Under the pieces are notes generated by a model. That model did no database searches. It saw only the letters and a program-made list of their open reading frames with translations, and had not been told where the DNA came from. From NCBI GenBank assembly GCA_023475265.1, contig JAMCWE010000185.1:37490-101489 (forward strand): a DNA stretch of 64,000 bases. Reading direction: 5' to 3'. A program made the position numbers and the translations under genes. Shown here one piece after another: positions 38,217 to 47,903 of the stretch; the stretch's first letter is position 1, and each line of letters begins with the position of its first letter. The stretch is from Bacteroidota bacterium (GTDB taxonomy: Bacteria > Bacteroidota > Ignavibacteria > Ignavibacteriales > Ignavibacteriaceae).

Positions 38217-39170
38217 TCATTTCAAATCTAGCTTCATCCAGAATGTTGGACGTTTATAATTTGACTGATGAAAATCCGGAATGTATTTAAATCCTAGCGA
38301 TTCGTAGAGCTTAATTGCTGCCTTTAATGATCTAGCTGTTTCTAGTAAGACGGCTTTTGCACCTTTTGCATATGTAAAACCAATTACTGCGAGTGCCAGC
38401 TTTTTACCTATTTGCTTACCCTGAGCTTTTTCAGTTACACATAATTTAGCAAGCTCAAAATTTTCTTTATCAAGTTTAATGGCAGCACATGTACCAACAA
38501 TCTCTCCTTCGTATCGAGCTAAGAAAATTTCTCCTCCTTTTTTAATTATTTCATTTTCCGGATCTGATAAAATTTTTATGTCCTCGTTTTCTATTTCAAA
38601 ATATTTCTGTAGCCACTCGAAATTAAGCTGTTTAAAATATTCTTTATTTGAAGGTGAATATCTGATAATCTCAATTGTATCAAGCTGCCTCTTTTTATTT
38701 CTCAACTTTGTCCTTTCATAAAGACTTCTTTCATTCAAAGCATTTTCAAATGATTCAATTACATGAAGTATATCATAACCAGCTTCGTTATTTATTTCTT
38801 TAATCGAATCTTCTATATCATTAACAACCGGATGAATGGAATCAAAAATGTTCTCTCCTTTTTTTGTCAATACTAATTTTCTTTTTCGTTTGTCATTTAG
38901 ATTTTTTGAAGTTTCAATTAATTTATTTTTCATCATTTGCTCGACAATTTGGATTATTGCTGGATGAGTATAGCCTGTTGCATTGGACAGCTCATTTATC
39001 GAAGCGGACTTTCTTTCATTTAGTAAATGGCTGATTACAAACCACCGTGGTTCAAAATCAATATTTAATTCTTTATATATCCGTTTTGTATCGTTGATTA
39101 AGTTTTCACTCAATCTTTTGATTCTGTGAGAAACGGCTGATTCTCTCAATTCTTTTAATATATTTGTCAT
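38217..39170 (-). CDS. MarR-family HTH domain fused to a GNAT acetyltransferase domain
   Basis: N-terminal winged HTH: SINELSNATGYTHPAIIQIVEQMMKNKLIE...DKRKRKLVLTKKG. C-terminal GNAT: FLARYEGEIVGTCA...V.EKAQGKQIGKKLA. Confidence 0.8.
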   Translation of the reverse strand: MTNILKELRESAVSHRIKRLSENLINDTKRIYKELNIDFEPRWFVISHLLNERKSASINELSNATGYTHPAIIQIVEQMMKNKLIETSKNLNDKRKRKLVLTKKGENIFDSIHPVVNDIEDSIKEINNEAGYDILHVIESFENALNERSLYERTKLRNKKRQLDTIEIIRYSPSNKEYFKQLNFEWLQKYFEIENEDIKILSDPENEIIKKGGEIFLARYEGEIVGTCAAIKLDKENFELAKLCVTEKAQGKQIGKKLALAVIGFTYAKGAKAVLLETARSLKAAIKLYESLGFKYIPDFHQSNYKRPTFWMKLDLK

Positions 39171-39281
39171 ATAAATATAATTATAAAATTAATTACGTAA
39201 ATACTTACGTAATATATTACATTATTTTATAAACCCATAATACTATTAAAATAATCTTAAATTTATCCTAATTTTTTTTAT

Positions 39282-39785
39282 TTATTCGCCATGATCAAGT
39301 TCGGAAAGAAGGTTCAGAATATCGAGATGTTTTGTCGTCATTTGAAGATGTCCTTCATCATCAATTGGCCATTGGTCTAGCGGTCTGTCTGAATAAAGTT
39401 CAACACCATTTCCATCCGGATCAGTTAAATAAATTGACTCCGATACTCCATGATCCGAAGCGCCTTCAATTGGATAATTAATTTCATATAACCTCTTAAC
39501 AACGCTGGCGAGTTCTTTTCTACTAGGAAAAAGAATTGCGAAGTGGTACATGCCTGTATGCCCAGGCGGCGGCGGTGTAGCTCCTTTTCCTTGCCAGGTA
39601 TTTAATCCAATATGATGATGATATCCGCCAGCTGATAAAAATACGGCGGAGTTACCAAATGTTGTTGTAATTTCAAAACCAAGCAGATCGCGGTAAAATT
39701 TAACCGAGCGTTCCAAATCTGAAACTGTTAAATGAATGTGTCCGATTTTTACATCGGGATGAATGATATTTTTGATTGGTGTCAT
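39282..39785 (-). CDS. VOC (glyoxalase/bleomycin-resistance/extradiol dioxygenase) family protein
   Basis: IGHIHLTVSDLERSVKFYRDLLGFE. YHHHIGLN. H.AILF. GVSESIYL.DPDGNGVEL. Confidence 0.85.
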   Translation of the reverse strand: MTPIKNIIHPDVKIGHIHLTVSDLERSVKFYRDLLGFEITTTFGNSAVFLSAGGYHHHIGLNTWQGKGATPPPPGHTGMYHFAILFPSRKELASVVKRLYEINYPIEGASDHGVSESIYLTDPDGNGVELYSDRPLDQWPIDDEGHLQMTTKHLDILNLLSELDHGE

Positions 39786-39860
39786 AAGCCTTCGAATATT
39801 TTGGTGTATAAATTACTATAAAAATTTTATGATTAAAATAAATTTATAAGTATTATTTTT

Positions 39861-41072
39861 TTATTGAATGAATTGAGCTAGCAATCCATTCGGATTGATT
39901 AAATCTTTAATATCAGCATAAGGAATAAACACACTCGGCGCTCCGAGAACATATGGACCGATTTCATATTCGCCAAAGCGAAAGCGCAATCCGGTTTTTA
40001 AAATTGAAAAATTATTGTTTAGATGAAATCCTTCTTTGCCAATGAAGTATCCGGCTTTTTCGAAACTTTCATCGGACTTGATGTTGTATGTTTCTCTAAA
40101 TTTTTTTTCGCCGATTTTGTCAAGCTCAGCTATAAAATCATTCTTAAATAAATTATTAAGCGAAATTTCTTTTCCGGTTTTCAAATCATAATTTTTGTAA
40201 TTAAAAAATGTTATTGGATGAGCGCCGCCTTCAAATCTGAATTCAGTATTTTCGAGCGAAAGGATATTGTCAGAGTTAAAAATGATATTTGTTGTAAAAG
40301 AATTTTGCCACATTGGTTTATAATCACTTGGAAGAGAAGTATCGCTAATGAATTCTTTATATCGCTCTATAAAATCATTCATCATTTCATTGTAATTTTT
40401 CCAGATGTTATTTCTTTCGCCAAAGTTATAATCTTTTAAGAAAGTATTTTTAATATCAGAATTAATTAATTGTTCAATCTCTCTATTCGAAAAGTTTTTA
40501 AGAATAGGAAAGAGGAAACAAATGTCAGCTTGCTCTTTACCATTGCTGTAGGCTTTTGAATATTGTTTCAATTCAATTACAGCACTGCCGTCGGGATATT
40601 TTTCTACAAGTGAAAAATCGAACTTCACATTTGTCCCTGGCTTTTTCCAATAACCTTCAATCTTATGTTCGCTCACAAATTTCCCCCGAAATTCTCCGGA
40701 TAATATTGGCATATAGCTGGTATCATATTTCCAGGTTTCTTCGCCAAGATTAAAATTTCCATTACCATCAATTCTGCTTTCATATGTAAAATAGATTGGT
40801 ATGCCTTTTTTTTCGTAATAATAATCTCCATCTACTAAAGAATCGCGGCGTATAAAGTTCATTATTATGGAGTATTTGTCTCCAATTTTTCCTTCAAATC
40901 TTTTATAAAAATATTTCGGAAGATTTCCCGTAACAATATTTTTGTTTCGCTGTTTGTTCTTGTTTCCAATTGTACTCTTTGTCTGTGAAAATGAGGTTAA
41001 GAAAAGAAAAACGGAAATCATCAACAAAAATATTTTATTCATTTTGGTTCTGTGAGGTTTAATTTTTCGCAC
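39861..41072 (-). CDS. DUF3298/DUF4163-type (RsiV-like) secreted protein
   Basis: 403-aa ORF with a signal peptide. C-terminal FEGGAHPITFFNYKNYDLKTGKEISLNNLF...FRFGEYEIGPY pattern typical of DUF3298. Confidence 0.7.
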   Translation of the reverse strand: MRKIKPHRTKMNKIFLLMISVFLFLTSFSQTKSTIGNKNKQRNKNIVTGNLPKYFYKRFEGKIGDKYSIIMNFIRRDSLVDGDYYYEKKGIPIYFTYESRIDGNGNFNLGEETWKYDTSYMPILSGEFRGKFVSEHKIEGYWKKPGTNVKFDFSLVEKYPDGSAVIELKQYSKAYSNGKEQADICFLFPILKNFSNREIEQLINSDIKNTFLKDYNFGERNNIWKNYNEMMNDFIERYKEFISDTSLPSDYKPMWQNSFTTNIIFNSDNILSLENTEFRFEGGAHPITFFNYKNYDLKTGKEISLNNLFKNDFIAELDKIGEKKFRETYNIKSDESFEKAGYFIGKEGFHLNNNFSILKTGLRFRFGEYEIGPYVLGAPSVFIPYADIKDLINPNGLLAQFIQ

Positions 41073-41084
41073 AACTAATATAAA

Positions 41085-41795
41085 TTATTTTTTCATTCTG
41101 TTTGAAATTTCCTCCATTAGTTCAATTTGTATTTGCTGGATTTCCATCATTCTTTGACCTTGCTGTAAAAGCAAATGATCAACTTTATCATTTAACAATC
41201 GAATTTCCAGTTCGGCTTTTAGGTTAACCTGGTAATCGTGCAAAGCGCGCTGTCTATCTTTATCTTCCTGACGGTTCTGGCTCATCATTATTATCGGTGC
41301 TTGAATAGCGGCTAAACATGATAATATGAGATTAAGAAGTATAAATGGATAAGGATCGAAAGGATGAACCGTGATTAGAAAAATATTTATTATCATCCAG
41401 AAGAATAAAAATATTCCGAAAATAGATATGAATGACCAGCTTCCTCCAAACTTTGCAATACCATCGGCTAACCGTTCTCCGAAGGAAAGATTACGTTCCA
41501 TTTCTTCGCTAATATTTTTGGAAAGAATATCCTTATCAGCGATGCTGTTAAGAACCTCTTTTTCTATTGAAGAAATATTTCCGTTATCATCCTGAACAAT
41601 CTTTTGGACAAACTGATTTCGAAAATTATTCAGATCATTGATGCAGATGTAACCCTTAGGGTTCCACTCGCAGCCAGAATTTTTAATTAGGTCAACAATA
41701 GATTCTCGTACCGAAAAGCCCGGCATAAGCTCTGACAAGCTTATTTCTTTTTTACAAACCTGACAAACAAATTTAGATTTATTTGAATCTTTCAT
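41085..41795 (-). CDS. DUF1003 membrane protein with an N-terminal CxxC element
   Basis: FGERLADGIAKFGGSWSFI...FDPYPFILLNLILSCLAAIQAPIIMMSQNRQEDKDR matches the DUF1003 core. N-terminal CQVCKKE. Confidence 0.75.
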   Translation of the reverse strand: MKDSNKSKFVCQVCKKEISLSELMPGFSVRESIVDLIKNSGCEWNPKGYICINDLNNFRNQFVQKIVQDDNGNISSIEKEVLNSIADKDILSKNISEEMERNLSFGERLADGIAKFGGSWSFISIFGIFLFFWMIINIFLITVHPFDPYPFILLNLILSCLAAIQAPIIMMSQNRQEDKDRQRALHDYQVNLKAELEIRLLNDKVDHLLLQQGQRMMEIQQIQIELMEEISNRMKK

Positions 41796-42035
41796 CGATG
41801 GCCTTTCATTTTGAAAAGTTATTAATTTCCAATTACAAATATTCCAGTCTAACAGACAAACAAGTATACTTCGTTTAGATTTTTAATTTTACTTTATAAC
41901 AAATAACTAATAATGTCTTTCCACAGAATTTATTGTTAATACTTTTGTCAGAAGTTCTTCAAAATTTTTTTAACAAATATATTTTTTATTTCTCCTGGCC
42001 GCAATTATGCACCATCTTTCTTAATACAAACAATG

Positions 42036-42740
42036 TTATACTTTTCCAAGGAGATACCCTTTCCTTTTTCTTTCCGGGAATTTTTCAATTGCATACCTAA
42101 GCATCGTTCTCGGCATTTTCTTGTAATGAAGTTTTAAGAAATCTTCTTCAACTTTCAAATTACATTTACCGATTTCTCTAAGCATCCAACCAACGGCTTT
42201 ATGAATAATATCATGCTCATCTTTTAAAAGTGTATCAGCAATTTTCAATGACGCATCAAATTGATTTGCCTTGATAAATTGAAATGTTGCCAGCATCGCA
42301 ATCCTTTTTTCCCAAAGATTTTTTGATGAGGCCAGTTTTTCAAGAATATTTTTTTCTTTATCAATTAAATAACCGCCTACAATCTGCGGCGCAGAAAGAT
42401 CGACAAGATCCCAGTTGTTTATGTTTGCGGTATTCTTCAGATAAAATTTATAAATGATTCTCTTTCCTTTATCGGTGCATTTGGGAAAGCGCAAAACCAA
42501 AACCATTAGCGCTGCCAATCGTTCTTCATGAATCATTGATGAGAGTAATTTCTGAAGTTCATCAAATGTTAAATCGAGATGATTTTTTGCGATGCTTCGT
42601 AAAACCGGAACTTTGATGCCGATAAAAATATCTCCTTCACCATATTCTCCCGGACCAGTCTTAAAAAACCAGCGAAGATTTTTCGCCTTTTCTTCATCGG
42701 CATTTGCTTGAAGATTTGATCTTAACTCCACTAGGCTCAT
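42036..42740 (-). CDS. DNA alkylation repair protein (AlkD-like HEAT-repeat family)
   Basis: FFKTGPGEYGEGD.F.GI.VP..R.IA, HEER..A...L, W.KR.A....F and H...KA.GWMLRE.G patterns. Confidence 0.8.
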   Translation of the reverse strand: MSLVELRSNLQANADEEKAKNLRWFFKTGPGEYGEGDIFIGIKVPVLRSIAKNHLDLTFDELQKLLSSMIHEERLAALMVLVLRFPKCTDKGKRIIYKFYLKNTANINNWDLVDLSAPQIVGGYLIDKEKNILEKLASSKNLWEKRIAMLATFQFIKANQFDASLKIADTLLKDEHDIIHKAVGWMLREIGKCNLKVEEDFLKLHYKKMPRTMLRYAIEKFPERKRKGYLLGKV

Positions 42741-42922
42741 GATTATTCCTATTTTTAAAAAGAGCAGATTAAAAATATTTAACTAATTGTTATTAAAAAA
42801 TTTTTACAGAAAATAATTAATATATCTTCTTGGGAAAATTGATAAATTTTCTTTTCTTATTAAACATCACAGAAGCAAACCTTTTAGTGTATTATGTTTA
42901 AAAAAAATCGAAGGAGACAATT

Positions 42923-43387
42923 ATGAAAAAGTTAGCGGTTCTTACATTCGCAGCGTTAGTGGTTATGTTCTTGATGAGTTTTTCAAATCTTTCTGCGAAA
43001 GGAAAGAAAGAAAAAAATAATTATAAGGCAGAACTTGCGTCAAAAGAACTTTCATCATATGGAAAAACAAAAGCAAAAGGACATGCTGAGTTTATGTTCA
43101 GCAAAGACGGCAAGAAGCTCTTTTATAAGCTTTATGTTTACGGAATCGACAGCGTTTCAATGGCTCATATTCATCATGGTCCATTTGGAAAAGAAGGACC
43201 AATTGCAACTTGGCTTTATAAACGGAAAATTACAGGAAAGTTTAGCGGGTTATTATCTAAGGGAACTATTACAGACAAAGATGTAAATCTCGACAGCCTC
43301 CATACGTGGATGAATGAAGGTGACACATATGTTTTAGTTCATACTCAGAAATTCCCAAATGGCGAAATCGGTGGGAAGATTCATTGA
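42923..43387 (+). CDS. CHRD domain protein (secreted)
   Basis: Signal peptide. GHAEF....DGKKL.YKL.V.GI.....AHIHHGPFGKEGP....L and YV.VHT..FPNGEI.G.I. Confidence 0.75.
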   Translation: MKKLAVLTFAALVVMFLMSFSNLSAKGKKEKNNYKAELASKELSSYGKTKAKGHAEFMFSKDGKKLFYKLYVYGIDSVSMAHIHHGPFGKEGPIATWLYKRKITGKFSGLLSKGTITDKDVNLDSLHTWMNEGDTYVLVHTQKFPNGEIGGKIH

Positions 43388-43394
43388 ATATTTA

Positions 43395-43420
43395 TAGAGA
43401 CGCCTCACTAGACGTCTCTA
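43395..43420. terminator. Hairpin between convergent genes (AGAGACG...CGTCTCT type)
   Basis: TAGAGACG / CGTCTCTA stem with a 10-nt loop, followed by CTTTTAAA. It shares the AGAGACG stem motif with the hairpin at 6841-6896. Confidence 0.5.
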
Positions 43421-43434
43421 CTTTTAAACAATAA

Positions 43435-44880
43435 CTATTTCTTAATAATCTTTAATATCCAATCGCCCATTGTTTGAAGTGCAATTGGTGAAATTGTTTC
43501 TTCTATCTTTCCATATTCAGATGGAGAACCGTTCTTTGCCGTTTGAAATAGATGATTTAACCCCGGCAATTCCTTTACTTCAAAATTTTTATTACCGCCT
43601 TTTTCAAGAGCAGCCTTAATTGAAGAAAGATCTTCTTCCGGCGGCACCTGCAAATCTTTTGAACCGTCTATTGCTAGTACAGGGCATTTAACTTTTTCTA
43701 ATGCAGGTACGGGATTGTAGCTTAGGAAAAATCTGAACCAAGGATTCATTATAGTTTTTTGCAGATTGTTAAAAGCATTCTCCGGATTTCCTTCTTCCAA
43801 TTTTTCTTTTTCATCCATTTTACTGTAATAATCGTCGAAGATATCTTTTAATTTTGCGACGGCTTTGGCGCTATCTGGTTCACTAATTACTACATCATAT
43901 AATTTCTTACTCAAAGAAATATCTTTATCAATTTTATCTTGTGGTTCGCCATTTGCTTTACTGATTAATTCAATCTGTTTAAGAAGCAGCTTATTGCCTG
44001 GAATGCCAGTTCCCGCCATCATAACAATAAAAGCTACATCATTCGTTTCAGCCGCTACCATTGGGGCTATAATGCCACCTTCGCTGTGTCCGATCAGCCC
44101 AATTTCTTTTGGATTAATTTCTTTTCTGCTTTTAAGATATTCAACGCCTGAAAGAACATCGCCTGCAAAATCTTTTGTTGTTGATGCTGCAAAATTACCT
44201 GTTGATTCTCCAACACCTCTATCATCTACACGAAGGACAGCAATACCTCTTCGAGTAAGATAATCAGCAATTACCCAAAACGGTTTATGCCCAAATATTT
44301 CCTCGTTGCGATTTTGTTGTCCTGAACCTGTTATTAAAAGTACCGCTGGAAATTGATTGCTTGATTCGGGCATTGTTAATGTTCCGCCTAATTTTATTCC
44401 GGCAGTTTGATTTTCATAAATGACATCATCAACTTTATAAGGAAACGGTGGCTTCGGTTCTTGAGGGCGATTAGCTTTTTCCATCTTGTCAATTTTTTTT
44501 AGAACAAGAGGCAAACTTCTTCCTCCCTGGTACCAGTTACCATCCAGCGAAATACTGTCCTGATTATATTTCCCTTGAAAATAACCATGAGCAATATTTA
44601 CTACTAACTTCAAATCGTCGTCGAAGTATAAAACAGAATCCACGACAATATCTTTAGCGCCCTGATCCGGACTATCCATCAAACATTTTAATTTCCCTTG
44701 TTCATCTTCTGATATTTTGAAAACAATTCTCATCTCAATACCGGAAAATTTTAAAGTTCCCTGCCAAATTCCTTTTATGACTGCCGTTGAATCTGATTGG
44801 TTTTTTGCAAATGATTGAGCGGCAAGTATAAACGATAATAATATAACCGCGTTAACAAAAATGATTTTTAATTTATTCAT
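43435..44880 (-). CDS. Secreted alpha/beta-fold hydrolase (serine hydrolase, S9/DLH-like)
   Basis: Signal peptide. Nucleophile elbow GLIGHSEGG. Late GSKDLQV and NHLF (Asp/His context). Confidence 0.8.
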   Translation of the reverse strand: MNKLKIIFVNAVILLSFILAAQSFAKNQSDSTAVIKGIWQGTLKFSGIEMRIVFKISEDEQGKLKCLMDSPDQGAKDIVVDSVLYFDDDLKLVVNIAHGYFQGKYNQDSISLDGNWYQGGRSLPLVLKKIDKMEKANRPQEPKPPFPYKVDDVIYENQTAGIKLGGTLTMPESSNQFPAVLLITGSGQQNRNEEIFGHKPFWVIADYLTRRGIAVLRVDDRGVGESTGNFAASTTKDFAGDVLSGVEYLKSRKEINPKEIGLIGHSEGGIIAPMVAAETNDVAFIVMMAGTGIPGNKLLLKQIELISKANGEPQDKIDKDISLSKKLYDVVISEPDSAKAVAKLKDIFDDYYSKMDEKEKLEEGNPENAFNNLQKTIMNPWFRFFLSYNPVPALEKVKCPVLAIDGSKDLQVPPEEDLSSIKAALEKGGNKNFEVKELPGLNHLFQTAKNGSPSEYGKIEETISPIALQTMGDWILKIIKK

Positions 44881-44936
44881 ATTTTCTGCCCCGATTAAAT
44901 GTTTTACAAAATTAATTTTAAAGAGAAAACTTACAC

Positions 44937-45608
44937 TTATAGATCTGGTTTATTCTGCTTTTCTTCCTTCTGTAATTTCCGGTAAAGAGAATATGGATAA
45001 ACAAACGCCGTAAAAACAATTAAAGGAGTGAGTACAACAATTAATGAAACAAACAATTTAATTTTCAGAAGAGTCAATATAATTATTAAGAGCCCACCAA
45101 TTACAAACAAGCCGCCCGAAATTCTATGAGTTCTATACCAAACAACATCAGAAGCAAGAGTCCACGGCGACCGGATGCCGAAGAAAAAATTTCTCGGCAG
45201 CTTTGGCAAATAATTTCCCATCAGAATAAAAAGTAAACCAAAGCCGATCCCGAACAAGTCGCTTCTAAAAATTCCTTCCTTAGCTGAAATAATATTCAAT
45301 ATCATCATAAATACCATGAAAGCAATTGCAAGATCACGGAATAGAAGAAAAATATTATAGTTCTTTTCTATTTTCTTCCTGAATGGATCGATGAAAGGAA
45401 TAAAAGTTAACAGTAAATAAAGAAGTACTGGAACGCCCACTCCTAATTCAAGTAAAACTATTTTAGATGAATAGCGATCTGGCAAACCATCGGTATTGAA
45501 ATGTGTAGCCACAGTATCGGGTAAATTCGGATAAAAATAAAATGCGATGATTATTGAAATAACAATCATTACAAATGAAAAGATGTCGCGCTTAAAACTC
45601 CATTTCAT
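44937..45608 (-). CDS. sdpI: SdpI/DUF1648 family membrane immunity-type protein
   Basis: N-terminal DUF1648 pattern (YPNLPDTVATHFNTDGLPDRYSSK). SdpI-like core: NYLPKLPRNFFFGIRSPWTL.S..VW..THR. The symbol is by family and context only. Confidence 0.7.
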   Translation of the reverse strand: MKWSFKRDIFSFVMIVISIIIAFYFYPNLPDTVATHFNTDGLPDRYSSKIVLLELGVGVPVLLYLLLTFIPFIDPFRKKIEKNYNIFLLFRDLAIAFMVFMMILNIISAKEGIFRSDLFGIGFGLLFILMGNYLPKLPRNFFFGIRSPWTLASDVVWYRTHRISGGLFVIGGLLIIILTLLKIKLFVSLIVVLTPLIVFTAFVYPYSLYRKLQKEEKQNKPDL

Positions 45609-45612
45609 AAAC

Positions 45613-45882
45613 TTACCTCTTCTTTTTAATTTGAATTAAATATTCCACAGCCATATCAACCACGGACATATTTAATGAATATCTAATAAATTGCCCCTCA
45701 CGTTCGCCACTGATTACATTTGCTCTCTTCAAGATATCGAGGTGGTGGGATAATGTCGGCTGCGAGACTTTTATCTCTTCAAGAAGTTCCGACGGCGTTT
45801 TTGCTTTCTCCTTCAAACATTGAAGTATCTTCATCCTTGTCGGATCCGAAAGTGCTTTAAATAATTCCGAAAATGATTGCAT
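45613..45882 (-). CDS. sdpR: ArsR/SmtB-family (SdpR-like) transcriptional repressor
   Basis: FKALSDPTRMKILQCL....TPSEL.E...VSQPTLSHHL.IL..A.V....EGQF..YSL. Lies 4 nt upstream of the sdpI-like gene. Confidence 0.8.
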   Translation of the reverse strand: MQSFSELFKALSDPTRMKILQCLKEKAKTPSELLEEIKVSQPTLSHHLDILKRANVISGEREGQFIRYSLNMSVVDMAVEYLIQIKKKR

Positions 45883-45887
45883 ATAGA

Positions 45888-45909
45888 TATATGTGCAAAT
45901 TTACATATA
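45888..45909. promoter_or_regulatory. Candidate operator palindrome for the ArsR/SdpR-like repressor
   Basis: TATATGT-N8-ACATATA perfect 7-bp inverted repeat, 6-27 nt upstream of the repressor start codon. Confidence 0.35.
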
Positions 45910-45985
45910 CCATATATAATCAAAATAATTATTTAGAAAAAAATCTATTATTAAAAATGTAAATATTTATTGGTGAGATTATCTG

Positions 45986-46642
45986 TCAGTATTTTTCATC
46001 CATGAAATAATCAACTCTCTTATACATGTCTTCTTTACCAGATTTTGCATCGGTAAGAATAAGAATATTTTTCTTTACCCAAAATTTCTTTTTATCAATA
46101 AGAGTATCTGAGTTAGCATAATTGAAAGTAACTAGGCTGTCTTTTATAAGATATTTCCCTTTAGTGGATTGAATCGGTAATCTGAAAATCCATTTCCCTT
46201 CCTTTGTAAATTTTGAAAAAGCAGTATGTCCGTTAGGATATTTCCATGTATAACTACCAGCAATGCTTTTGTTAGAATTATTTTTACCAGAGGTTTTTAT
46301 CATTGTCGTAATTTCATCTTTACCATTTCGTTTGAAGGTGCTGATCAAAGTATCTTTTTTAATTTCAATTGTTGAAGTATCTATAAAAATTTTGCCGGAA
46401 TTATCATTTGTATATTTAGTGATCATTTTATTCCCGATTATCTTATAAGAATAATCAGCAGCGAGGACTACTTGAAATGTAAATGTTGAATCGGGATTAA
46501 ATTTCATCAAAAGCCCGCGGCTGTTTGATAAGGCTATCGATTCCCAATTCCCGGTTAGTGGAGAAGTATGTTTCTTCTGTGAATAAGAAAAAGTCTGAAT
46601 TAACATCAGCAATAGAAAAATAAATGGAAATTTTAATTTCAT
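45986..46642 (-). CDS. Secreted lipocalin-like hypothetical protein (paralogue of 30593..31243)
   Basis: Signal peptide. LTGNWESI...FNPDSTFTF...YSYKIIGNK and IAGSYTWKYPNG...FTKEGKWIF...KGKYLIKDS repeat the two-module layout of the 30593 ORF. Confidence 0.55.
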   Translation of the reverse strand: MKLKFPFIFLLLMLIQTFSYSQKKHTSPLTGNWESIALSNSRGLLMKFNPDSTFTFQVVLAADYSYKIIGNKMITKYTNDNSGKIFIDTSTIEIKKDTLISTFKRNGKDEITTMIKTSGKNNSNKSIAGSYTWKYPNGHTAFSKFTKEGKWIFRLPIQSTKGKYLIKDSLVTFNYANSDTLIDKKKFWVKKNILILTDAKSGKEDMYKRVDYFMDEKY

Positions 46643-46753
46643 ATTTATTCCTTGATTTCTTCTTTGGTTTTAAAACTATCCACAAACATTTTTTCAAAAA
46701 AAGCTTTGCTATAATAATAGATTTTGTTTAGTCATTCCATAGTGTTGTCGGAT

Positions 46754-47671
46754 TTATTTCTGATTATTATCTTTAAATCTCCACCAGCCTGCAAGCAGAG
46801 ATGCCGAAACGTTCTGCCATACGCTGAATATTGCGCCAGGTAAAGCAGCGATGGCTGAAAAATATTTTATCGCAAGTGCAACGCTCAATCCTGAGTTTTG
46901 CATTCCAACTTCGATCCCAATTGTCCGGCAGATTTTTTTATCATACTTAAATAGCTTAGGAATAAAGTAGCCAAGCAAATAGCCAATAGTATTGAGAAGA
47001 ATAACTGCGGCGGTTGTAACTGAATCAACATTAAAAATTTTTGATTTATTTAATGCAACTATAATTGCGATAATTATTACAATAGCCAGCATTGAAAGAA
47101 TTGGAAATACCTTTCTTAAGTTTTCAACATTTTTACCGAAGAAAGAATTAACTGCTGTTCCAATCAAAACAGGAATTAATACAATTTGTAAAATACTAAC
47201 CATCATATCCCAAAAAGGAACCGGCACCACTTGATGAAGAAATAAATATGAGAACGCAGGCGTAGCAATTACTGCAGCAAATGTATTTGTCGAAGTTAAT
47301 GTAACCGATAAAGCAACATCAGCATTTCCTAAATAGCACATAACATTCGAAGCAGTTCCGCCAGGGCTGCAGCCGACAAGCACTACTCCAGCCATTAAGC
47401 CTGCGGAAAGCCCAAAGATTTTTGCAATTCCAAATGCTGCAAACGGCATAATTAAATATTGAAGAAAAACTCCAAAGCCGATTATTCCAGGTGACTTAAA
47501 AACTTCTTTAAAATTTTCCCAGGTTAATGTCATGCCCATTCCGAACATTACTACCATAAGAAGAGGAATAATTGCGTTTTGGAAGTTGTTAAATAAATTG
47601 GGAAATATAAATGCTGCACAGGCAAACAAAATTGCCCAAAGAGGAAAGAGCTTGGTAAGTTTTTCAATCAT
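46754..47671 (-). CDS. Bile acid:sodium symporter (BASS) family transporter
   Basis: 305-aa ORF with about 9-10 TM segments. GVVLVGCSPGGTASNV and GIEVGMQNSGL signature segments. Confidence 0.85.
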   Translation of the reverse strand: MIEKLTKLFPLWAILFACAAFIFPNLFNNFQNAIIPLLMVVMFGMGMTLTWENFKEVFKSPGIIGFGVFLQYLIMPFAAFGIAKIFGLSAGLMAGVVLVGCSPGGTASNVMCYLGNADVALSVTLTSTNTFAAVIATPAFSYLFLHQVVPVPFWDMMVSILQIVLIPVLIGTAVNSFFGKNVENLRKVFPILSMLAIVIIIAIIVALNKSKIFNVDSVTTAAVILLNTIGYLLGYFIPKLFKYDKKICRTIGIEVGMQNSGLSVALAIKYFSAIAALPGAIFSVWQNVSASLLAGWWRFKDNNQK

Positions 47672-47903
47672 GAATAATTTTCCAGTTAACAGCCGATTGT
47701 TAATAAATTTGGGTTTGCTGATTTAGCATCAGATAAGAATTTTGAAAAGTCATTAAAGGCATTTACTCCAATTATCTTTAATTGATTTGTTTGAATTATT
47801 AATTCCTTAGATTTTTTAATTTCAATTTTTGTTATATCGCTAAATGCTAATTCAATTTATTTATTTTAAGAATATAAATGTTCATATCATTTCCTTATAA
47901 ATT

